A stretch of 64,000 nt of DNA, taken from NCBI GenBank assembly GCA_034189385.1, contig JAXHVD010000006.1:39559-103558 (forward strand), given 5' to 3'. Source of the DNA: Thermodesulfobacteriota bacterium (GTDB lineage Bacteria; Desulfobacterota; Desulfobacteria; Desulfobacterales; C00003060). The position numbers and the translations under genes were made by a program. A model generated the notes under the pieces. The model was not told where the DNA came from and did no database searches. It saw only the letters and a list, made by a program, of their open reading frames with translations. Of the stretch, positions 9,072 through 17,373 are shown piece by piece. The stretch's first letter is position 1. Each line of letters starts with the position of its first letter.

Positions 9072-10292
9072 ATGATGGACCTAATAGAAAATCCGCACGA
9101 TGTTCAAGCCGCTGACCTCATTGTGGGCATACCCTCGTACAACGAAGCTAGTCTCATCTCTTATCCTACCCAGAAGGCCAGTGAGGGCCTCATCAAATAC
9201 TTCGGGAACAAGAACAGCGTCATCATCAACTGTGACAATAATTCACCCGACGGCACCCGTGAGGCCTTCATGAACACAAAGACAGAAGTGCCGAAAATCT
9301 ACCTGTCAACACCGCCGGGCGTGAGAGGAAAGGGCAACAATTTCAAGAATCTGTTCAAAACGATTTGTGACCTGAGAGCCCAGGCCGTGATTGTCGTAGA
9401 TGCAGATCTCAAGAGCATCACCCCTCGCTGGATCAAGAACCTTGGCGAACCGCTATTCGAGGACTTCGGCTTTGTGGCGCCCCTTTACGTACGACACAAG
9501 TTTGACGGTACCATCACCAACAACATTGCCTATCCCATGACCCGATGTGTTTACGGCCGCAGGGTGCGCCAGCCCATCGGGGGTGACTTTGGATTCTCAG
9601 GTAAACTGGCTGAAGTGTATCTCCGGCAGGGGGACTGGACCCCAGCAGTAGAGGAATTTGGCATCGACATCTGGATGACCACCACGGCCATGTGTCACGG
9701 CATGCCCATTTGTCAGTCCTATATGGGCCGGCCCAAAGTCCACAAGCCCAAAGACCCTGGGGAGTCCTTGGGCCCTATGTTCACACAGGTGGTAGGAACG
9801 ATCTTTGATATGATGATCAAACACGCCGATTTCTGGAAGGACGTCCGGTGGAGCAAGCCTACGGCCATATTTGGCTTCGGATTGGGGGAGATGGAAATGC
9901 CTCCGCCGGTGGACGTGGATATTCGGCGACTCTATGATAAATTTCAGACAGGCTTTGGCGTTCATGAGGCCCTCCTGAAGGAAACCCTTTCAGCCAATCT
10001 TATGAAGAAGCTCTCAGAGGTGAAAGAACATCCTTTAGACGGTTTTGAATTCCCGGGCAACTTGTGGGCTGAAATACTGGTCGATTTTGCAGTGACTTAT
10101 AGAAACTTGGCAAAGAACAAGGGAAAACTCATGGAGGCCCTCATCCCCCTCTATTTTGGCCGGACCTGTTCCTTTGTGATTGAGTCAGAGCCCATGACGA
10201 TCCAACAGGCGGAAGACCTCATAGAAGACCAGTGTGGTGTGTTTGAAACCAGCAAGTCTTACTTGCTGAAGAGATGGTTTGATACAGAATAA
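9072..10292 (+). CDS. GT-A glycosyltransferase resembling mannosylglycerate/glucosylglycerate synthases
   Basis: The 406-aa product has the pattern VVDADLKSITPRWI ... QPIGGDFG ... FGIDIWMTT ... KVHK. This parallels the Rhodothermus-type mannosylglycerate synthase (YDADITSF..WI, QPLGGE, WGIDT, KAHR). It is divergent from an MpgP-like phosphatase. Confidence 0.55.
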   Translation: MMDLIENPHDVQAADLIVGIPSYNEASLISYPTQKASEGLIKYFGNKNSVIINCDNNSPDGTREAFMNTKTEVPKIYLSTPPGVRGKGNNFKNLFKTICDLRAQAVIVVDADLKSITPRWIKNLGEPLFEDFGFVAPLYVRHKFDGTITNNIAYPMTRCVYGRRVRQPIGGDFGFSGKLAEVYLRQGDWTPAVEEFGIDIWMTTTAMCHGMPICQSYMGRPKVHKPKDPGESLGPMFTQVVGTIFDMMIKHADFWKDVRWSKPTAIFGFGLGEMEMPPPVDVDIRRLYDKFQTGFGVHEALLKETLSANLMKKLSEVKEHPLDGFEFPGNLWAEILVDFAVTYRNLAKNKGKLMEALIPLYFGRTCSFVIESEPMTIQQAEDLIEDQCGVFETSKSYLLKRWFDTE

Positions 10293-10325
10293 GGCTTGGC
10301 ACCCATAAGTGGCAATGGAGGTCCT

Positions 10326-10712
10326 ATGAAAAAAATTCTTATTGTAGATGATGAAGAAGTTATCCGTATGCTCTATGCCGAGGAGTTGGAGGAGGAAGGG
10401 TATAAGGTGATAACAGCAGGAAGTGGTCACGGCCTGATCGCAATGATCGACAACGAGAAGCCAGACCTTGTGATACTGGATATCAAGATGGCCGAGCATG
10501 ACGGGTTAGATCTGCTCCAGGACGTCAGGAGGGAATTCTACAACATTCCCGTGATACTTTGCTCGGCCTATTCCTCCTTTAAGGGCGACCTGAAGTCTAT
10601 TGCAGCAGACTACTATGTCGTAAAGAGCGCCGATCTGAGCGAGCTGAAGCAAAAGATCAAGATGGCCCTGGAAGGACAAATGCCAGCCCCCTATTCTCCT
10701 AAGGAGGTATAG
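10326..10712 (+). CDS. Single-domain response regulator (CheY-like receiver)
   Basis: MKKILIVDDEEVIRMLY...LVILDIKM...; a GGAGG Shine-Dalgarno lies 6 nt upstream of the ATG at 10326. Confidence 0.85.
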   Translation: MKKILIVDDEEVIRMLYAEELEEEGYKVITAGSGHGLIAMIDNEKPDLVILDIKMAEHDGLDLLQDVRREFYNIPVILCSAYSSFKGDLKSIAADYYVVKSADLSELKQKIKMALEGQMPAPYSPKEV

Positions 10713-10873
10713 GGCCTGCTGCTTCTCTTAGGGCTTATCTTTCACATAAGATCGATCTGTTTCTTTTGATTTAGGAAAGACCTAAGAAAGGGCAATGGGG
10801 CTTGATGGGTAGCTACATGTTTCAGAAACGGAGGGTTTTAAGATCACTACGTCGTGAGGAATTGGACTCCTGA

Positions 10874-11692
10874 ATGGGATGGCTGCAGGCTATTCTCCTC
10901 GGCATTGTGCAGGGGCTCACGGAGTTCCTCCCCGTCAGCAGTTCAGGGCATTTGGTGCTTCTGCAATCTCTCTTTGGATTACAGGAACCAGAGCTCTTCT
11001 TTGATGTCTCGGTCCACGTTGGCACCTTGCTGGCTGTGTGTGTGGTTTTCTTTCGGGACCTCAGAGACATGGCATTGGCCTTTTTTTCCAGGTCTACTTG
11101 GTCTGCCGGCAACATCGGTCGTCTGCAGCAATGGCGCCAGGTGCCGGAAATAAGACTACTCACCCTCATTTTCATCGGATCTCTACCTACGGCCGTTCTT
11201 GGGCTGGCCTTTCGACCCTTGGCCGCGATCCTCTTTTCCTCCATACGAGTGGTTGGTATCATGTTATTGGTCACGGGCTTCTTACTCTGGTTCACGCGGC
11301 CCATGAAGAAAAAGGGGAGGACTGAGCTTACCGCTTGGGATGCTATCTGCGTTGGTATGATGCAAGGGTTGGCTATATTGCCTGGAATATCTCGGTCTGG
11401 GAGCACCATCGCTATGGGCTTGTTCAAAGGCCTGGATCGAGAAACAGCAGCTCGCTACTCCTTTCTGCTATCCATCCCCGCAATCGTGGGGGCCATGGCC
11501 CTGGAATTAGCTCAGGCCAAAATCTCCGGCATGCCCCCCCTTGGACCTGCCGCGGTGGGGGCCTGTGTGGCCGGAGCTGTAGGATATGTGGCTCTTAAGA
11601 CCTTAATAGGCCTGGTGAAGAAAGGAGCACTTCATACCTTTGCATACTACTGCTGGCCTCTTGGGGGCATCGTCATCTTCTGCTCGTTGTGA
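10874..11692 (+). CDS. uppP: Undecaprenyl-diphosphate phosphatase
   Basis: The N-terminus is QGLTEFLPVSSSGHL, followed by LPGISRSGSTI. The 272-aa product is polytopic. Confidence 0.9.
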   Translation: MGWLQAILLGIVQGLTEFLPVSSSGHLVLLQSLFGLQEPELFFDVSVHVGTLLAVCVVFFRDLRDMALAFFSRSTWSAGNIGRLQQWRQVPEIRLLTLIFIGSLPTAVLGLAFRPLAAILFSSIRVVGIMLLVTGFLLWFTRPMKKKGRTELTAWDAICVGMMQGLAILPGISRSGSTIAMGLFKGLDRETAARYSFLLSIPAIVGAMALELAQAKISGMPPLGPAAVGACVAGAVGYVALKTLIGLVKKGALHTFAYYCWPLGGIVIFCSL

Positions 11693-11856
11693 AACTCAAA
11701 AATGATGGATGGCCTGTCGGGTGAAAAGCGGAGCAAATAGCCAGCATTTTTAACCCTGAACACCTTCAGTGCCTATTCCCTCCGCCAGGGCGGACTCAAT
11801 GTCGCCTACAAAAGACTTTCTATGAAAACACCAAGCGTATTTATCAAGGAGGCACC

Positions 11857-13230
11857 ATGCACCCGGGGATCTTTAGAAAATATGACATTCGTGGAATTGT
11901 GGACAAGGATATCAGTGAACAAGACGTCGTTTTGATTGGAAAGGGGTTTGGAACGTACCTGCAGACTGAACAACGATCACGTATCATTGTGGGGCGGGAC
12001 TGCCGCTTGAGTTCCGACAGCTACAGAGACCTCTTGGTGGCAGGGCTCCTTGCCACAGGATGTGATGTCTTAGACATAGGGATATGTCCCACGCCAGTCT
12101 TCTATTTTTCCATCAGACATTTTCAAAAGCAGGGGGGAGTCATCATCACCGCCAGTCATAATCCTGGTGAGTATAATGGCTTCAAGCTATGCAGTGGGTA
12201 CGATACTCTCTATGGGAAGCAGATACAAAAGGTTTTACAGATCATCGAAAAGGGGGATTTTGCCGAGGGTAGAGGGAAACTGGAAACGGCTGAGGTCGTG
12301 AGACCTTATACGGAGTTCTTGAAAAACAATATTAACCTCACAAAACCCATGAGGGTCGGTGTTGATGCAGGTAACGGCACTGCTGGTGTGGTGGCAGTGC
12401 CTATCTTAAGGGAACTGGGCTGTGATGTCTTTGATCTCTATTGTGATTTGGACGGCACTTTTCCCAACCACGAGGCGGATCCCACAGTGGCAGACAACAT
12501 GCAGGACCTCATCGCCTTGGTTCTGGACAAGAAACTCGACATTGGCGTAGGTTATGACGGTGATGGAGACCGTATCGGCGTCATTGACGAAAAGGGCAAC
12601 ATCATTTGGGGCGACCAACTCATGATCGTGTTCGCCAGAGAGATTCTCTCCCGCAAGCCAGGGGCGACGTTTATTTCAGAGGTGAAGTGCTCTCAAACCC
12701 TTTACGACGATATTGAAAGACACGGCGGTAAGGCCATCATGTGGAAGACAGGCCACTCTCTTATCAAACAGAAGATGAAAGAGGTGAAGGCCGAACTGGC
12801 CGGTGAGATGAGCGGACACGTCTTCTTTGCCGACAGATACTTCGGCTATGATGATGCCATCTATGCCTCTTGTCGCCTCTTGGAGATCTTGGGCACTACA
12901 GGTAAGACCATTTCCGACTTGTTGAGTGATGTCCCAAAAACATATAACACGCCAGAAATCCGTGTCCCCTGTCCAGATGACAAGAAATTCCAACTAGTAG
13001 AAGAAATTACCGAGTATTACCGACGGCGTCAGGACATCATTGACATAGACGGCGTGCGTGTTCTTTTTGACGACGGCTGGGGACTGGTGAGGGCTTCGAA
13101 TACGCAGCCGGTGCTGGTGTTGCGGTTTGAGGCCTTTTCATTGGAGCGGCTTTCAGAGATCCGTTCACAGGTCGAATCGGTTCTGGCCGACATACAAAAC
13201 AGCCATGGGGGGCCGTGGAAGGCCCTATGA
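11857..13230 (+). CDS. Phosphomannomutase/phosphoglucomutase (alpha-D-phosphohexomutase)
   Basis: It has the active-site loop TASHNPGEYNGFK, the metal loop GYDGDGDR and the GEMSGH sugar-binding motif. Confidence 0.9.
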   Translation: MHPGIFRKYDIRGIVDKDISEQDVVLIGKGFGTYLQTEQRSRIIVGRDCRLSSDSYRDLLVAGLLATGCDVLDIGICPTPVFYFSIRHFQKQGGVIITASHNPGEYNGFKLCSGYDTLYGKQIQKVLQIIEKGDFAEGRGKLETAEVVRPYTEFLKNNINLTKPMRVGVDAGNGTAGVVAVPILRELGCDVFDLYCDLDGTFPNHEADPTVADNMQDLIALVLDKKLDIGVGYDGDGDRIGVIDEKGNIIWGDQLMIVFAREILSRKPGATFISEVKCSQTLYDDIERHGGKAIMWKTGHSLIKQKMKEVKAELAGEMSGHVFFADRYFGYDDAIYASCRLLEILGTTGKTISDLLSDVPKTYNTPEIRVPCPDDKKFQLVEEITEYYRRRQDIIDIDGVRVLFDDGWGLVRASNTQPVLVLRFEAFSLERLSEIRSQVESVLADIQNSHGGPWKAL

Positions 13231-13347
13231 AGCATCTTAAGCCCAGGCCTTCAAGAAATCTTACTTGACTTATCAAAGTCTTATTCAGTATTAGTAGTAT
13301 GTATGGTCCTTGGGAAATGAGTTCAACACTGGGCAGATGGAGGCGTT

Positions 13348-13623
13348 ATGAACAAGTCAGGTCTTGTAGATGCGTTGCAACACGAAGTGGACATTAGCAA
13401 GGCAAAGGCCGAGGCCGTCATTGACATCTTTTTTGATGCCATGTCTAGTGCCCTTGCAGAAGGCGATAGGGTTGAAATTCGCGGTTTTTGCAGCATTTTT
13501 GTGAGAGAATACAAGGGGTATGTGGGAAGGAATCCAAAAACGGGTGGGGCAGTTGAAATACCGCCCAAGAAGCTTCCTTTTTTCAGGTGTGGAAAAGAAC
13601 TAAAAGAGCGGGTCGATTATTGA
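13348..13623 (+). CDS. HU/IHF family DNA-binding protein (IHF beta-like)
   Basis: The 91-aa product contains DRVEIRGF...GRNPKTG...P.F..GKELKERV, which is closest in pattern to IHF beta. Confidence 0.8.
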   Translation: MNKSGLVDALQHEVDISKAKAEAVIDIFFDAMSSALAEGDRVEIRGFCSIFVREYKGYVGRNPKTGGAVEIPPKKLPFFRCGKELKERVDY

Positions 13624-13824
13624 ACAAGCCACCATCAAAAGCATGGCCCTTTCACGCAAGAAGCATCACAGCCCCTCCTTGCTATCCCCCTTCGAGCACC
13701 ATCTCCTCAAAATAGCTCGAACAAATCATGCAACGGCCCTCTCTTTCTTGCTCAGGTAGACCCGCCCTAAGACCCATCCAGGGACACCATTCATCGCACA
13801 AAGCCATGTGAACGAGACACAACC

Positions 13825-14433
13825 CTAAGAGCGCAGAGACGAATGCTCGGTGCCGCTGAGCAGACGCCTAACGTTGTCGGCGTGACGAGCGAAAACAAAA
13901 AACGCCATCACCAAGGTGCAACCAGTCATGAGCACAGAGTGCGTGGCAAGCCACATAGCCCCTGGGAGGACAGCCGCCCCTGCCAGGGATCCGGCTGAGG
14001 AATAGCCCGAACTGCACAGCACCAGCACATAGACAAGCACGCATATGACGAAGACGAGAGGAGACATGATCAGCAAACACCCGGCAGCAGTGGCCACGCC
14101 TTTACCTCCCTTAAAGCCCAAAAATACAGAAAAGAGGTGCCCTGCAAAGGCTGCAAGGGCTATCAGACACATCACCATCTCACCTGTCCAGCCAGAGAGG
14201 CCTACCCAGGACACGGCCATGAGTACAGGCACAGCGCCCTTTAAGAGGTCTCCAACAAGTGTCAAAATCCCTAGTCTTTTTCCGGCAACACGATAGACAT
14301 TGTAGGCGCCGATATTGCCACTTCCGGCCTCACGGATATCTCCATGGCCAAACACACGGGTTAAAATCACCCCCCATGGCACAGAACCCATCACATAAGC
14401 AAAGGGAAGCAAGATGATGGCCTTGGAAATCAT
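13825..14433 (-). CDS. plsY: Glycerol-3-phosphate acyltransferase PlsY
   Basis: It has the GSGNIGAYN and FKGGKGVAT motifs. The 202-aa product is a membrane protein. Confidence 0.9.
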   Translation of the reverse strand: MISKAIILLPFAYVMGSVPWGVILTRVFGHGDIREAGSGNIGAYNVYRVAGKRLGILTLVGDLLKGAVPVLMAVSWVGLSGWTGEMVMCLIALAAFAGHLFSVFLGFKGGKGVATAAGCLLIMSPLVFVICVLVYVLVLCSSGYSSAGSLAGAAVLPGAMWLATHSVLMTGCTLVMAFFVFARHADNVRRLLSGTEHSSLRS

Positions 14434-14453
14434 AGGGTTTCCACACGCAGACG

Positions 14454-15128
14454 CTATTGGGGCTCGCTGGCAGGGTTTCGGATTTTGGCTTGGCAGAAAG
14501 CGATGTACTGAAGGGCCTCGTAGTGAACGCCTAGGTCCGGATAAGAGGTGAGAACCATCTTAAAACGTTCCAGAGCGGCCTTATAGTGTTTGGTTCTATA
14601 GTAGAACCTTCCCACGTGGAACGAATGCTCGGCCAGATTCTTTTGACAAGTCCTGATGTGTGCCTTGGCCTTCTTGGCCTGGGGGCTTTCAGGATAACTC
14701 CGGATCAGCCTTTCAAAGGTCTGGACGGCTTCCCGGGCCGTCGTCTGGTCGCGGTCAACGGCCTGCAGCTGGTCAAAATAGCACCGACCTATCTGATACA
14801 CCACGTACGGAACGGCCTCATTTTTTGGATGAAGGTTTGCAAATGCCTCGTAGGCCACAATGGCTTCGTTGAACTGCCTGAGGTAATAATGGGCATCACC
14901 GAGTTTGAGTTCAGCAAGAATTGCATATTTACTAAAGGGATACCAGTCCCTCAGCTTTTCGAACACTTCAACGCTTCGGCTATAGTTCTCGCGCCTGAAT
15001 GCGTCCATGCCCTCGTGGGCCAGTTCTTGGGCAGTACTCTCCGCTTTTGGCTGAAGCCAGGCACAGCCGAACACCTGGAGGGCCAGCCAGAGGATGACTG
15101 CAATATAGAATACTCCCTTCACATTCAC
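14454..15128 (-). CDS. bamD: Outer membrane protein assembly factor BamD (TPR lipoprotein)
   Basis: It has a signal peptide with a lipobox (VFGC), TPR-like repeats and the typical BamD length and pattern. Confidence 0.8.
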   Translation of the reverse strand: MNVKGVFYIAVILWLALQVFGCAWLQPKAESTAQELAHEGMDAFRRENYSRSVEVFEKLRDWYPFSKYAILAELKLGDAHYYLRQFNEAIVAYEAFANLHPKNEAVPYVVYQIGRCYFDQLQAVDRDQTTAREAVQTFERLIRSYPESPQAKKAKAHIRTCQKNLAEHSFHVGRFYYRTKHYKAALERFKMVLTSYPDLGVHYEALQYIAFCQAKIRNPASEPQ

Positions 15129-15247
15129 GAAAAGTATATCCTCGTATAGACTAGAAGCTGAAACCCCTAAGCCATAAAAAAAAGGCTGACATTTCTATTT
15201 CGTTGACCCTTCAGCCTTGACCTCTGAGCTTTTCCCGCATGTTTCGG

Positions 15248-16159
15248 TCAGGAATCGCCAAGTTTTTTGGCATATAAGGCGGCCTCTATCCCCGCCACAC
15301 AACCCTCTCCTACGGCCTTAGCCATTTGCCAGGGCTGGCCAGTAATATCTCCAGCGGCATATAGACCCGGGATGTTCGTCTCCTGCTTCTTGTTCGTCTC
15401 GATAAAACTAAAGGTCTCGGAATCAAACACTACGCCCAGGTTAGCTGCCAACTCCATGGCGCCCTTTGCTCCAAGTTCAATGAAGATGCCGCTTAGCTTT
15501 ATGCGCTCTTCATTGGTCAGCAACACTTCTTCCACTTCATTGTCTCCCAGAATCTCCTTCACCCATGTACCATGCAGGGTAATGACATCGCTCTTCTCGA
15601 GCCGATCGTAAAGCGACTCGTTGACCGCGAGCTTTCGACACACCAGATAGACTTTGTTGGCATAACCTAAAAGGGTCAGGGCACCGGTGACGGCTGCGCT
15701 TTCATTGCCCACCACGGCCACGTCCATGCCCCTGTAAAAGTTGGCATCGCAATCGACACAATAGCTCACACCGCGGCCCAGAAAGCCCTTTTCATTTTTC
15801 ACGCCGAGCCTTTTTCGGGAGATGCCCATGCTAAGGATAAGCGTCTTGGAATAAAAGGTCTCGTTGTTTTCCGTCACCACAATGAATCTTCCATGCTCGT
15901 TCTTGGTTTCAATGATGTCCTGTCCCATAAACTCGGCATCAAAGCCCTGGGCCTGCTTCCTGCCAGCCTCTAGGATATCCTTGCCACTCACGACCTTCTC
16001 GTAGCAGCAGTAGTTGGCTACATGGGCCTTGTAGAGACTACTTTTCTCAGGTCTTCCAAAAACAATGACCCTTGCCCTCTTTCCAGCGGCATGGATGGCC
16101 GCCTGGAGGCCAGCTGGACCACAGCCGATGATGGCCACATCGTAAAAATCTTCAGCCAC
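15248..16159 (-). CDS. Thioredoxin-reductase-like flavoprotein lacking the NADPH-binding signatures
   Basis: It has FAD GxGxxG (IIGCGPAG), a redox CxxC (CVDC) and a C-terminal AAGDITG motif. GGGNxAxEEA is replaced by VVGNESAAVTGA, and HRRxxxR is replaced by CRKLAVN. Confidence 0.8.
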   Translation of the reverse strand: MAEDFYDVAIIGCGPAGLQAAIHAAGKRARVIVFGRPEKSSLYKAHVANYCCYEKVVSGKDILEAGRKQAQGFDAEFMGQDIIETKNEHGRFIVVTENNETFYSKTLILSMGISRKRLGVKNEKGFLGRGVSYCVDCDANFYRGMDVAVVGNESAAVTGALTLLGYANKVYLVCRKLAVNESLYDRLEKSDVITLHGTWVKEILGDNEVEEVLLTNEERIKLSGIFIELGAKGAMELAANLGVVFDSETFSFIETNKKQETNIPGLYAAGDITGQPWQMAKAVGEGCVAGIEAALYAKKLGDS

Positions 16160-16489
16160 TTAAAGGACCTTTTTCACGCATTCTTCGAGGTGAGATTTCG
16201 GTACGGCACCAACAATCTGGTCGACCACCTTGCCATCTCGAAACAGGATAACGGTGGGAATCGCCCGTATGCCATACTGACCTGGGGTGTTTGGGCTCTG
16301 ATCCACGTTGCACCTTGCAAAGATGATGCTCTCGCCGTAGGTTTCGGCCAGTTCGTCCATGACTGGAGCGATGGCCTTGCACGGACCGCACCAGGGTGCC
16401 CAAAAATCCACTAGAGCAGGCTTTTCGGCCTTTAATATGTCTGATTCAAAGTTACTGTCACTAACCTCTAGAACATCTTGTTCTGCCAT
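16160..16489 (-). CDS. trxA: Thioredoxin
   Basis: From the ATG at 16489 the protein reads MAEQDVLEVSDSNF...FWAPWCGPCK. Its stop abuts the start of the TrxR-like gene. Confidence 0.9.
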   Translation of the reverse strand: MAEQDVLEVSDSNFESDILKAEKPALVDFWAPWCGPCKAIAPVMDELAETYGESIIFARCNVDQSPNTPGQYGIRAIPTVILFRDGKVVDQIVGAVPKSHLEECVKKVL

Positions 16490-16630
16490 AATGTGACTCC
16501 TTCTTTCCTGATCAAGCAGGTCGGGGGTTTTTGCGGGCCATTTATAAGCACAGTGCCTAGGCTTTGTCAACTTCAAGTAGGCCCAGCCTACAGGGCAAAT
16601 AAAACCATATTGGAGACGGGGTCTTAGGCC

Positions 16631-16659
16631 TTGACACCTTGGTCATATGGTATTAATAG
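16631..16659 (+). promoter_or_regulatory. Candidate promoter TTGACA-N17-TAATAG for the tRNA-Lys/Glu pair
   Basis: TTGACA is at 16631..16636 and the -10-like hexamer is at 16654..16659. The tRNA 5' end lies 13 nt downstream. Confidence 0.35.
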
Positions 16660-16671
16660 TACGCCTTAGCC

Positions 16672-16747
16672 GGGCCGTTAACTCAGTCGGTAGAGTATCT
16701 GCCTTTTAAGCAGAGAGTCGCGCGTTCGAGCCGCGCACGGCCCACCA
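16672..16747 (+). tRNA. tRNA-Lys (anticodon UUU), CCA encoded
   Basis: Hand-folded cloverleaf: acceptor GGGCCGT/ACGGCCC, anticodon arm TCTGC-CTTTTAA-GCAGA, T arm GCGCG-TTCGAGC-CGCGC. Confidence 0.95.
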
Positions 16748-16755
16748 GAAGCTGC

Positions 16756-16833
16756 GTCCCCATCGTCTAGTCTGGTCCAGGACACCGGCCTTTCACGCCG
16801 GCAACACCGGTTCAAATCCGGTTGGGGACGCCA
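16756..16833 (+). tRNA. tRNA-Glu (anticodon UUC), CCA encoded
   Basis: Hand-folded cloverleaf: acceptor GTCCCCA/TGGGGAC, anticodon arm CCGGC-CTTTCAC-GCCGG, T arm ACCGG-TTCAAAT-CCGGT. Confidence 0.95.
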
Positions 16834-16888
16834 ACTCGATAACAAGCATCCTGTAAAAGGGTGCTTTTCTTTTGCCACAGTGAAAGAA

Positions 16889-16938
16889 GCCTTTCACGTC
16901 CCGATAACATCGGGATTCAAATCCGGTTGGGGACGCCA
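16889..16938 (+). repeat. Partial duplicate of tRNA-Glu (anticodon loop to CCA), att-like scar
   Basis: The segment is gcctttcacg...ttcaaatccggttggggacgcca. Its last 23 nt (16916..16938) are identical to 16811..16833. The variable and T-stem 5' part diverge (tcccgataacatcggga versus ccggcaacaccgg), and there is no 5' half. Confidence 0.8.
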
Positions 16939-16948
16939 TGCAATCTCA

Positions 16949-16987
16949 AAGGGTTAGCCGCTTTAGTGGTTAACCCTTTTCTTGTTT
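16949..16987 (+). terminator. Hairpin plus T-rich tail after the duplicated tRNA 3' end
   Basis: AAGGGTTA-13 nt-TAACCCTT followed by ttcttgttt. Confidence 0.45.
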
Positions 16988-17373
16988 GGGGTATGGCTGT
17001 GGGGAATTTCTGTCGTGGAAAGCAGATTGAGGGTCTCTCTTGGATCATCTTTGAGCGTCTTCATGTAGGGTTCCGTTGTGGCCAAGGTTTTTGTGCTCTG
17101 GCACCAGCTCGTACGTCTAGGATAGTCAGCCTATTTGAAAATGGCGGCGCCTGAAGTTTTTGATCGTTTGGTAACGTTCAAAAGTTGAGGCAAACTCTCT
17201 TGGCAGGCAGCTAAAAGGATAGGGAGGCGCTGAACGTAGGCATACAGCCATTTCGATCCACACCCATGGTATGGGCTACTTAAAGGCATTGGATGCCGAA
17301 GCGAAGCGATTCGCCCTATCTGGAATGTCTATTCAGAAATAGACTGTCACAACTTCTGAACGTCACTAATCGT

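Noticed and set aside
16963-17110. Possible decayed tyrosine-integrase C-terminus on the minus strand next to the tRNA scar (...TLATTEPYMKTLKDDPRETLNLLSTTEIPHS, compared with ..FATHLL..G.DLR.IQELLGH...STT.IYTH).
   Set aside because: The resemblance is weak, and every catalytic position (R, H, H, Y) is substituted. It cannot be supported by eye and is worth a tblastn/HMM check only.
16861-17154. A 97-aa + strand ORF spanning the tRNA-Glu 3' duplicate and the terminator hairpin.
   Set aside because: It starts with an alternative codon inside non-coding tRNA-derived sequence and has no Shine-Dalgarno and no motifs. It is most likely non-coding island-edge DNA.
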